DNA from: Octopus bimaculoides
Taxonomy: Eukaryota
Direction: 5' to 3'
DNA: 51,209 bases
Assembly: GCF_001194135.2 (NCBI RefSeq)
Contig: NC_068989.1
Location: 89,261,023-89,312,231, forward strand
Position numbers and translations under genes: made by a program. The notes beneath the pieces are model-generated. The model saw only the letters and a program-made list of their open reading frames with translations, was not told where the DNA came from and made no database searches. Positions 25,901 through 36,907 of this stretch are shown here, one piece after another. Numbering within the stretch: the first letter of the stretch is position 1; each line of letters starts with the position of its first letter.

Positions 25901-26887
25901 AAACGATGATGATGATGAGCCGTGAGCATTACATTGAAAAACTCAAAAAGTTGAGAGAAACCATTAGGAGGAAGAGACTGACCAAGAATCTGAAAACAAT
26001 TCACATTCACCATAGCAATGACAAAAACAAGCAGAGAATTCAGTTGGTAAGTGGTTTCCCATTCACTCAACAGATTGGATCTTCTGTTGCTCTCTGACTT
26101 GTGAGGTTTTGGTCAAATGAAGAACAGTTTTCAGGTAAAATGATTTCATGAAAGTCACTGCACCAGGCTCCAATCTGATCTGGCAATGTTTCTACAGCTG
26201 GATGCCCTTCCTAACGTCAACCACTCTGAACGTGTAGTGGGGTGGGGGCCGGCATCGATCACATTCGGATGGTGCTTTTTATTTGCCACCGGCATGGGAA
26301 GCCAGTCAGGCGGCACTGGCAACGACTCACGCATGAATGGTGCTTATTATGTGCCACCAGCACAAGAGCCAGTCAGGCAGCACTGGCATCGGCCACAACT
26401 ACAATTTCCATTTTGATTGTGATTTGATTTTTGATTTTACTTGACCCAATAGGTCTCCCCAAGCACAGCATGTCACCCGATGATTCAAAGGTACTTTTTA
26501 AATGAGCTTTTTATGCGACACTGGTGTGTGTGTGTACAATATCTAAATCATTCTGTACTCATCTTTGTACATCCCACAGTTTTAATAGCATGTCATATGA
26601 ACCTGAGATGAAGTGGTTTTCACTGTTGGGTGACCAGCATACACTGGACACCCATCCTCGATGGGAAGAGAAACTGTTCTTGACTATTGCACCTTCATTT
26701 GTTCTAATATATATTTATACACACACACACACACTCAAATTGAACAAATAAAAAACTAAAACCAAAAGACAGACACAGGTGAGGGAACAACAAGTAAGCT
26801 GTATTGGTTTGACACTCAGGAAAGCTGGAAAGTCTTTGACATTTCAAGCCTATGCTCTTTTACAGAAAGGAGCGAGGAGAGAGGAAT

Positions 26888-26922
<35 letters not shown>

Positions 26923-27380
26923 CATACATAGTATACATGGCCTCTCACACCTATCTTACAATGTTATTCTAAAAATAAACAATTACATCATCAAAATTTC
27001 AAAGCCAGGAGATAATGCATGATTAATTCAAAATAATGTGAATGCATTTGACAGAGTAATCTAAATGCTAAAGGGTTAAGGTGAACATCACAAACAACAA
27101 ACACACACACTACATAATAAACATAAAAATGAAGTAAATGGGAAGTTATGTACATCAACTTACCTTCTGCATTAATCAAGATGAAACCAATAACCATGAA
27201 AAGTGGATGGTAGTTGAATTGTAGGTTGAGATCTGTCTCCCAGGCAAAACCTCCACGATAATGACCAAGCCAGAAAGATAACAAAACTATCAAAACCAGG
27301 CCCAGTAATTGACTGAAAACCACCGTGACCGTGAAACCCTTCAGGTTGCTGGGACTATCGCCTTCGTCATAGGAATCCAT
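21351..27380 (-). CDS. CYB561: Cytochrome b561 family ascorbate-dependent transmembrane reductase, 4 coding exons, 245 aa
   Basis: Manual splice join(27380-27164, 25324-25116, 23330-23176, 21507-21351) = 217+209+155+157 = 738 nt, open frame ending TGA. Protein: MDSYDEGDSPSNLKGFTVTVVFSQLLGLVLIVLLSFWLGHYRGGFAWETDLNLQFNYHPLFMVIGFILINAEALLSFRVFRNQQKYCIKVLHCCMQVSSLVFAIVGIKAVFDTHNLASTPIPNMYTLHSWLGLTTVLLFSLQVVVAFVSFMWPGISYNLREQLMPFHTFFGKAILVMAAISCLTGMTEKAFFALKSNYPTELEGKLINSMGLVLVAFVGIVLFIISWSPWQRIPPPEERHIQLSE. Six hydrophobic segments, FNYHP, ALLxxRVFR, TLHSW; His58/92/128/167. The paralog (CYB561A1/A2/A3) cannot be assigned by eye. Confidence 0.95.
22103..22322. mobile_element. piggyBac-like MITE family 1 (220 bp), TTAA-flanked
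   Basis: TTAA at 22099-22102 and 22323-22326; termini ctctttgttac / gtcgaaaggg; an inverted second copy lies at 44502-44721. Confidence 0.75.
23176..23330 (-). CDS. CYB561: CYB561 coding exon 3 (VVVAFVSFMWPG...PFHTFFG...GMTEKAFFA)
   Basis: Not in the ORF track; acceptor ctcattgcag|GTC, donor TT|gtaagt, phase 2; contains His167 and G-x-x-EK. Confidence 0.93.
23350..23720. repeat. Degenerate 5-bp-period (TGCAN/TTGTG) minisatellite
   Basis: Includes the exact 20-mer gcaatgcagcattgcattgt twice (23468-23507) plus a partial third copy. Confidence 0.75.
25116..25324 (-). CDS. CYB561: CYB561 coding exon 2 (ALLSFRVFR...TLHSWLG...FSLQ)
   Basis: Acceptor ttttcag|CT completes GCT (Ala); donor CAG|gtttgt, phase 0; contains His92, His114 and His128. 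Confidence 0.95.
25565..25917 (+). mobile_element. Retroposon family E with (GAT)n tail and internal 60-bp-scale tandem units
   Basis: Ends ccaacccatg..gaaagcggacgttaaacgatgatgatg. Antisense copies at about 22327-22590, 24140-24310, 24690-24900, 26150-26520; sense copies at about 21555-21615, 31670-31780, 42715-42898. Confidence 0.75.
26834..26869 (-). ncRNA. Degenerate minimal hammerhead-like motif, copy 2 (inside a CYB561 intron, sense to the pre-mRNA)
   Basis: CTTT-CTGTAAAA-GAGC-ATAG-GCTT-GAAATGTC-AAAG; stems I and II pair; most differences from the inferred consensus are at CpG sites. Confidence 0.3.
27164..27380 (-). CDS. CYB561: CYB561 coding exon 1 (MDSYDEG...FNYHPLFMVIGFILINAE)
   Basis: Acceptor tttcag|ATAATGG (exon starts 27383, ATG 27380-27378); donor GAAG|gtaagt, phase 1. 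Confidence 0.95.
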
Positions 27381-27658
27381 TATCTGAAATAAAGACAAAA
27401 TAGGAAACACTTAAATTCGGTAAATCTTTCTAAAATAAATAACTTCTACTTCATTCGACATGAAGTGGGGGGAGAAAAAGATCTGAACCAAACTGAACAT
27501 TGGTACAGGCTGGGTCTGGTTTATGGGCCTTATGTTTGACACCCTCATTGGCTAGTGCTTCTGAAGGCTGGGAAACCAACAACTATCCAGACTTTTGTCT
27601 ATGGCAAGAAATCACAGTTAGAATAAATACTAGAAAAAGGAAAAATGGCACTCTGTGA

Positions 27659-27971
27659 GCTAGGATGATGAAGGATCCAGTTGGTATGATTAATGGAACA
27701 GCCTGCTTGTGAAATTAACGTGCAAGTGGTTGAGTACTCCACAGACATGTGTACCCTAAATGTAGTTCTCAGGGAGATTCAGCGTGATACAGAGTGTGAC
27801 AAGGCTGGCCCTTTGAATTACAGGTACAACTCATTTTTGCCAGCTGAGTTGAGTGGAGCGATGTGAAATAAAGTGTCTTGCTCAAAGACACAACGCGTCA
27901 CTTGGAATTGAACTCATGACTGTACGATTGTGAGCTGAATGCCCTAACCACTAAGCCACGTGCCTTCACCG
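27659..27971 (-). mobile_element. tRNA-derived SINE family D
   Basis: A box tggcttagtgg, B box gagttcaattcc; near-colinear with the plus-strand copy at 44915-45220. Confidence 0.8.
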
Positions 27972-28484
27972 TTAGAAGAAACAAGCAAAGCAAAACAACA
28001 GTACAAATGGGATTTGAACCTGTGTCGGAAACATAGTTTCTAGCAATTCATCACTTCTCTATAGCTTTCATATTGTATGTATGTGTGTCTTTCTCTCTCT
28101 ATTTGTTAAATTGCTCAATAACTATCCCCTATATGGGGGAGGCGGGTAATGGACATTTTGGCACAGCCTGTTTGGCTAATTCAACACTGACTTATTTCAC
28201 ATCAAACACTTTGTTGTTTCTCACACTCCCTTACTTACCTCTCTCCCCCTCTTTCTCACATGACTGAAGTTCACCATCTTTCTTTCTCCTCTCTCCATCA
28301 CTCTTTGTTTCACACACACAAACAACTACAGCAAAGACATACGCTCATACACACACTTACAAACAAACAAATATCCACACACATACACACACACATAAAT
28401 ACACTCTCACACATACATATATATTTAAACACAGAGACATAATCCTCACACACATGTGCATACACCAATCTCATGCACTACACA

Positions 28485-28521
<37 letters not shown>

Positions 28522-28744
28522 CCAGCTTTTTGCCTTGAGCTTTTAATCAGTCCATACTGTTACACTATAGCTACTAGCTAACATGTCAGCCTACCAGGAC
28601 CAGCTAGCTAAGACACCTGTTCTATACAATTAGTTCTACATCCACCCTACTCCTATCACTTTTACACCCACCTGTTTCACTAAACTCCTCACACAAAAGA
28701 AAAAAAAAACAAATATTCCTTGATTTCAAACAGTTTGTTTAACA

Positions 28745-29130
28745 TTGGTTTCAAATTTTGACACAAGGCCAGCACTTTCAAGGGAAGGGACTAGGCAATT
28801 ACATTGATGTTCAAATGATACTTATTTTGTCTGACCCAAAAGGATGATAGGTGAAGTCGACCATGGCAGAATTTGAACTTAAAGCATAAAGATGAATGAA
28901 ATGCAGTCCAGCACAATAATAATTTTGTCAGCTCACCACCTTAATAATAATACTAATCCTTTCTACTATAGGCACAAGGCCTGAAACTTTTGGGGGAGGG
29001 GACTCGTTGATTACATTAACCCCAGTGTTTCACTGGTACTTAATACCGCTAAGCATTTCCCCGCCGGTGTGCTGACGTTTCTGCCAGCTCACTGCCTTTG
29101 CATTAACTATTCTGCCAGCTCGCTGCCTTA
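28745..29130 (-). mobile_element. Two tandem SINE-A copies joined by (AAT)n
   Basis: Second copy internally deleted; ends cagctcgctgcctt. Confidence 0.7.
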
Positions 29131-30735
29131 ATATATATATATATATATATACGATGGGCTTCTTTCAGTTTCTGTCTACCAAATCCATTCACAAGGCCTT
29201 GGTCAGCCTGAGGCTATAGTAGAAGACATTTGCCCAAAGGTGCCATGCAGTGGGACTGAACCCAGAACCATGTGGTTGGGAAGCAAGCTTCTTACCACAC
29301 AGCCATGCTCATTTTCAATTGTTTTCATCTCTAATAATAAATAATTGAACCAAAATAAATGCAAGGCAGATGTAAACAGCTGTTTTCAACACTCAAAGAC
29401 TCTTCATTTCAAAGAACACCAGAAACAGCAGCAACAACATATTGGACAAGAGAATCACACAGAGTCACAGAGAATTGCAGAGAACAATAAAGACAACTGG
29501 TTTATTTTTTCCTTCTTTTTTTCTTTTTTTTACTTGTTCCTTTGTCTTTCTTTCTCTCTTCAACAGCTGCCATGTTTAATTTCCATTTTTGAATTCACTT
29601 TCTTCTTCCTCTTCTTTTATCATTTCATTTATAATTAATCACAGTCAGCATCATTCCGATTGCCATCATTGTCAACATCTTTCAGTCACATCAATACCAC
29701 TGTCATCATCATCATCATCACCATGATCATATTAACTGCTGTCACTAGCGTCATGTTTCCTATAACCAACCACCATCATCCCACCACCCTCATCAACAGT
29801 GTGATTGTCTTCTTCCTTTTCCAGAATCTCAGAATCATTCTTCACCATCTTTGATTTCAGTTCTTACTGCTGCATCTAACTTGTCCATTTTCGATGAAAT
29901 AGACACCAGGAATACGCACACACACACACACACACACACACAAATTAAATTACTTCGAATACTGCAGCATAAGAGACATAGAGATAAAAATGTGTGGAGA
30001 GAGAGAGAGAGAGGAGAGGGCGAGAAAGACAAACAGACAGACAGACACATATACATATTTCTTTTTCCTTTGTTTCACTCATTACACTGTGGCCATGATA
30101 GCGAACTGCCTTAAAGAATTTTTAGTTGAATGAATCCTCTCTCTCACACACATACAAAGATAAAAATGTAGATGGATAGAGAAAACAGTAAAAAAAGCAA
30201 CAACAACAAACTACATCCCAACTACTGCAAACGCCACTACTACAGTTACTGCAATCAGTACACTCCCAGTGCACCACAATTTCTACAAATACCTGAAACT
30301 AGCACACCACTGCACTATTATACCATTGCAACCACAATCATCACTACCACTATCCCACACCAGCTACAATAATAACCACACCATTATGTCAAATCACATT
30401 TCCATGCTAACAACACTAGCCAAGAGAATGATGAATGAAGTCTTTGTTGCCCCCCACCCAACTTCTTTTCATTAGACAAGAGGAAATACTGGAGGAAACT
30501 TGGTAATTTTACCAATGGGAACATCATTTTAATACGCTGAAGAATGTCTTGAAGAATGTGTAAAGGAATGCCATAGAAGTTGACAGAACGTGTGTGTGTG
30601 GAACAAATTGGATTCTTGTTTTATTTATTCAATCTTACTTGAGAGGACATCAAATGGTAATGTAAGACATGAATATGCATGGACACACTTTTCTACATGT
30701 CTGTGTGTGTATGTATACATACCATACATATATGC

Positions 30736-30766
<31 letters not shown>

Positions 30767-33131
30767 CACACACACATACATATATATGAGAAAGAGACAT
30801 GTGTATATATCATCATCATTTAATAAAGAAAATGATGATATATATATACACACACACATCTCTTTCTTTCTTTCTCTCTCTAATATTCTATAATATTAAT
30901 AATAATAATAATTGAGAAGTTGAGCTTATAGTATTTACAGTGGGATAAATGTAATTCCATAAACTCCACTTTTATTATTACTTATACTCTTTGACAAAAG
31001 TAAAACTTATGGATTTTTTTGTTTGTTCAAAACCTCAGTTTCTATAGGAGAAAATCGCCTTCATACAATTTCTTATAGCTGCTTTCTGAGTTAACCCATA
31101 TATACCCCTGGTTGCGTTTTTGTAACGCAAAACCTGCTCCTGCTTGTTTGGACATGAACTCGCCGGGAAGCATTTGACTGAGCATACGGTAGGTAATCGA
31201 CACCTGTAGCTAACAGTTGCATGCTGTCCTTCTCTTCCAGATTGTGAAAGCTTACCATAACATTTAATCTAAATACAGTGAAATTAAGACTTCATTTCTT
31301 TATGGGCAAATATGGGTTAAACATCTGAATTATCTAACCTGTCCTTGCTTGTAATATTGTATGTGGCTGTGTGGTAAGAAGTTCCCTTCTCAGCCACAGG
31401 GTTTTGGGCTGAGTCTCACTACATGGTACATTGGACAAGTGTCTTCTATCATAGCCTTGGGCTGATCAAAGCCTTATGAGTGGATTTTGTAGATGAAAAC
31501 TGAAAGAAGCCCATTTTGTGTGCATGTGTGTGTGTTGCTGTCTCTCTGTCTTGATTTTGCAAGATAGTTCTAAACCAAGTGTCACCATCATTCAACCAAT
31601 ATCCTTCATTTATAATCTTCCTGGAAGAACATGTCAGAACATAGGGAAAAATTATCCTTAACTTAGAAGCAGTTGAGGGTTGGGAACAGGAAGGGCATCT
31701 GGCTGTAAAAAAAATCCACCTTAGCAAATTCCATCTGACCCATACAAGCATGAGAAAGAGGACGTTAAAACAACAATGATGAGACACACATGTGCATATG
31801 TTAATATTTATATACTAGCTGACTCCATGCCATCAAAACTGAGGGTTAATTGTAGTATTTTATATATAAATAAGGTACAAAATAATCACGCAAACATTCA
31901 GTTACTTCCCTTGTACAAACACACACACACATACACTCACACAGAGTTGAAACGCTGTTTGATTTTTCTTTTCAGCATTGAATGTTCACCATCCCACTTC
32001 CATTGCACACACACACACACACATTCATATGACTCCCTTTTACATACACACACACATATACTCATGCAGAGTTGAAAAGCTGTTTGATTTTTTTTGACCG
32101 TAGAACTTCCATCATCCCACTACTAAGTTTGCCATCCCCCCTTCCTTCCTTATTCGTATGTTGTGACAGAGAAATACACAAGAGTATTATTATAGTAGGT
32201 ACATATATGGCGGCAAACTGGCAGAATTGTTAGCAAAATGCTTAGTGGCATTTCACCCGCCTTTATGTTCTAAGTTCAAATGCAGCCAGGGTCAACTTTG
32301 TCTTTCATCCTTTTGGGGTTGATAAAATAAGTGCCAGTTGAGCATTGGGGTTAGTTAAATCGACATAGCCCCTTCTGCTGAAATTGCTGGCCTTGTGCCA
32401 AAATTTGAATCCAATACTTATATATACACGTGTCTAAGTATGTGTACATCTATCTATCTATCTATATGTATATATGTATACACACACACACAGACACACA
32501 AAAACAGCCACATGTGTCTATGTGTATATATATATGCATATATATATATGTCTACAAGGCAGAGAGACAGTAACACACACACATGCACACAAAATGGGCT
32601 TCTTTCAGTTTCCATCAACCAAATCCACTCATAAGGCTTTGGTCAGCCCAAGGCTATGGTAGAAGATACTTCCCCCGAAATCGCTGGCCTTGTGCTGAAA
32701 TTTGAAACCAATATTTATATATACATAAGTTTAAGTATGTGTATATCTATCTATCTATCTATCTATATATATACATATATATATACACACACACACACAC
32801 ATACACAACCACATGTGTCTATGTGTATATACATGCATATATGTATGTCTACACATATGTCAGAGTCACAGCTGTCCAAATCAATAAACAGTCCATCTGC
32901 CAAGTGTCATCTGTCAAAGCTCTTGTATGATCCTCCAATATATGATGGTATGGCATGGCCAAAGATATAGATCAGTTGAGCACACAGTTGTCTGATAAAC
33001 TACCTATGCCAGACTTGGTGCTACACAACAACAACAACAACAACATGCACCATATGTATATGGAATGGCAAGTGTCTGTGGTTCCTGACAATGTAACAGA
33101 AAATGAAATAGAATATTTAGCCAAGGCATAA

Positions 33132-33743
33132 CTCTTTAGCATTCAAATTAATCTGTTAAATGTATTGCTTTTTTTTATGCTTCACTTGTATCAGTCATTA
33201 GACTGCGGCCATGCTGGAGTACTGCCTGGATGAAATTTTAGTGAAATGAATTGACCCCAGTTTTTTCGGTTTTTTCTCCCCCTGGTTTTTTTCAAATCTG
33301 GTATTTATTGTCACTGTCTTTTGCCCAACTGCTAAGTTACAGGGATATAAACACACAATCACTGATTGTCAAAGAGTGATAGAGGACAAAGACAGACACA
33401 AAGAACATACACACACACTATGGGCTTCTTACAGTTTCCATTGACCAAATCCACTCATAAGGCTTTGGTTGGCCTAAGGTTATAGAAAACACTTGCTGAA
33501 GGTGCCACACAATGGGACTGAACCCAGAACCATGTGGTTGAGAATCAAGCTTCTTACCACACAGCCATGCCGGCACCTTACTCTTTGGAATTAATCCTGT
33601 ATTATCTTGTAGCTTTGAGATTTCGATGATGTCACTATTTTTAGAATGACATTGTAGGATATGCATGAGAAGGATCTGGACATTTTGAACTTAAAACAGG
33701 TAGAATATTTGGCATGGATATGATCAGTTTAGATGCTAATGGG
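33132..33743. mobile_element. piggyBac-like MITE family 2 interrupted by a SINE (partial second copy at about 26985-27075)
   Basis: Termini ctctttagcatt / gatgctaatggg; the copy at 27075 ends aatgctaaaggg|TTAA; a SINE-B occupies about 33180-33575. Confidence 0.55.
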
Positions 33744-34673
33744 TTTGTCTTCATGCTTATCAATGAGGTTTCTCTCATTTGAGTTAGAGGAAAGACAATG
33801 TCAGGATGTCTGACGGAAATAACCAGGTGTAAGGTTTGCCAAAAGAGTTGATAATCTTTGAATCAAGAGTTTAGACATGCTACCGGTATACCCTGCTCCA
33901 TTTGCAGGTTTGATGGATGGCTGTTAATACATACACACACACAGGTACATGCCTGCACACATACTCATAAACATGCACATGCATACACACGTACATACTC
34001 ACAAACACACATACTCATATATGTACATACACACACACATGTGCTTACACACATACAGAGACATACACACACTGACACATGGGTGCAAGACTTCAAATGC
34101 TGGGTGTGATGTAGTCAATTAGATCAACCTAGTATTTAAACTAAAACCTATTTTATAGACATCACTGAGGGGAAATGAAAGAAACTTGATTTTAGCAGGA
34201 TTTGAACTCAGGTTAGGCCTGTCAGGGTCTCTGGGACTCATAAGGCTGGAGCTTAATCTGGTTGCTGTAGTGTATGAAATTACAACACACATCTCTGGAT
34301 GGGATGCCAGCCCATCTCAGGGTTATCGTCCCAGCTATTTTATGGCTGAGTGCCATGTAAAATGCAATACACTGCATACAACCACATATATAAACTGTTT
34401 GTTTAACAATTTTTTCATGCATGAATTGGTCAAGGATGTATTTAAGGCTGTTTGTGTGTGTGTATATATATATACTCTTATCTAAACAACAAGTGAAGGT
34501 TGTCAATGTGTATCATCATCATACATAAGTTGCAGTTTAAGAGTTTGCATCCCAACCACATGGTTCCAGGTTCAGTCCCACTACATGGCACCTTGGGCAA
34601 GTGCTTTCTTCTATAGCCACAGGCCAAGGCTATAGAAGTGAGTGGATTTGGACGGATACTGAAAGAAGCCTGT

Positions 34674-34726
<53 letters not shown>

Positions 34727-34970
34727 GTGTGTGTCTTAGTGTTTGTCTCCTAGTACTGCTTGACAACCAGTGTTGGTGTGTTTATGTCTCTATAACTTAG
34801 CAGTTCAGCAAAACATATCGATAAAATAAGTACCAGGCTAGGCAAAAAAAAAGTACTGGGGTCGATTCATTCAACTAAAAGTTTTTCAAGCCGGTGCCCC
34901 AGCATGGCCACAGTCTAATGACTGAAACAAGATATATATATATATCTTGTTTCAGTCATTTGACTCACCG

Positions 34971-35016
<46 letters not shown>

Positions 35017-35399
35017 CGGGGAATATACTGTATGAGTCATAATTCTATATGAAATAATAATAAGTCCCCAGCAAAGATGAGGAAATTACATGCAGTTACC
35101 TTCATAGATATGCATACATAAATGAGTGTGTGTATGTGTATCTATATTAAATATTAATATTTATATATATTTGGAAATATTTAATCTGAGATCAGAAGAA
35201 CAATGGCTGATAGACGCGCGCGCCGGCACACACACACGCACATAGATACACACAGATACATACACAAATGTACACGGACACGGAAACATACACATACATG
35301 GAAATATTGATACATATACGAAAGCACGGACACAAACACGCGCACACAATCAAACATAAAAGATGAAAGAGATAGAAGTCAACGGAATCAATTAAGTTC

Positions 35400-35890
35400 G
35401 TGTGATATTAATAAATTCAATGGGAATTTATTTTTTAGGCCATCTTATGAACAATAGCGTTGTTGCTTATAAGTTTAAGTCATTTTGTTCACAATAGCGT
35501 CGCTGGTTGTAGGTCTCGGCTATTCTGCTCAAAATAGCGTCGTTGGTCATGTTTCCAGTGGACCAACTATTGGCTCACTGTATTTACAATGGCGAGATGG
35601 ATAAGAAAACAGAAACCTGTGCAATTCGTGTGAGATATCACAATATATATTTTATGTTCGACGTACCCATTTATTGGCGATTTCTCGTCGCTATGTACAT
35701 CTTTCGCCAATGCACGATGAGCTTTCGCAAAATGGTGAACACGATATGAACGCCGACAGACCAGTCAGCTGTCAGGAGCAGAGGTCACGTAGTGGCAACA
35801 GAAAAGCAAAAAGCAAAAAAAGGAGAAAGCATGTTTGTGCGCCAGAAGTCAAAGCAATTGGTGAGTGAATTCAAGCCAATCAGCCATGTG
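35400..35890. promoter_or_regulatory. CpG-rich putative promoter
   Basis: High CpG density after about 25 kb of CpG-poor DNA. CCAAT box (gccaatcag, about 35875), GTCACGT (about 35785), E2F-like TTTCGC motifs. Minus-strand donor ATGG|gtacgt at 35666 and plus-strand donor ATTG|gtgagt at 35861. Confidence 0.45.
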
Positions 35891-35904
35891 GCCTTCCTTT
35901 AGAT

Positions 35905-36142
35905 CTGTTTTTCAAGCATTTTCTTTTTTACCTGTAGACCTCTTTGTTTCTTATTTTATTCAGGTAGACGCTCTTAGCCATTCGATGTTTTAAAAAAAAT
36001 CACATTATATTTATATAATATTAAGAATTGTATTAATATATTTTGTGTGTTATAGAAGCATAACCAATTTATTGCACATAAACATTAACAAGATCTTACA
36101 TGGACCTACAAAGGTCATGTGGACCTCGGTTGAGAACGGCTG
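35905..36142. mobile_element. hAT (Charlie-like) MITE
   Basis: Perfect 8-bp flanking direct repeat CTTTAGAT (35897-35904 and 36143-36150); right TIR reverse complement cagccgttctcaacc; left TIR degenerate. Confidence 0.6.
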
Positions 36143-36169
36143 CTTTAGATGCACCTCCAGACATGTAAG

Positions 36170-36610
36170 CGATAAAATATCGTGGGTTTCGCCAGAGAAG
36201 ATTGACCATTGAAGAGTGAAGTCTTTTCTGGCTCTGAAGAGGAAGCAGTCTGCCATGTTGATGATGCATATTCACCAGGAGAGATCCTCGTTCATGGCGA
36301 GACCTTTACATTTGTGATGACATTGGGAGCTTCTGTTTAGCGGCATAGCTAGAGTGTGTGTGTGCCGCCACTCCTGCTCTTCCAATCCCTAATACAGACT
36401 TATACGACAGACCCAAAAGTGCCATCCCCCATAAAAGTATCGCTCCAGGTGGATTGCCCCTATCGTTCCCATCCAGCTACGCTTCTGGTTTTAGCTCCCT
36501 GTTGTCTATATTTGGAGGCGGTGGTGGGTGGTCTGCTGTGATTGCGTCTTTTTGTTGTTGAAAGAGACAAGATTGTCATGACCATATTGGAGCAGGTGTA
36601 TGGAGTTTCA
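36170..36610 (-). mobile_element. Degenerate CR1/Jockey-like LINE RT C-terminal fragment
   Basis: SIHLLQYGHDNLVSFNNKKTQ and GLAMNEDLSW*...FLFRARKDFT match RT thumb-region patterns (NLVxFNxxKTQ; DLSW; LFRARxxF). Confidence 0.6.
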
Positions 36611-36826
36611 CTTCCTGGTGTCATAACAGGCCAGGCATGAAGTATCTAGGTTGCATGTGGATGATACATGGGCGTAGAAAGTTAGGGAGGAGTAAAGAGT
36701 GGTATTAACTGTATGGGGGAGGTAGAAGTTGGCATAGTTGGAGGTGATGGCAAGTCGCCGTTGAAGGGAAAAACCGAGCTCTGAGGTACGCAAGAGTTGG
36801 TAGAGTTGCCGAGAGAGCGAGAGAGG

Positions 36827-36907
<81 letters not shown>

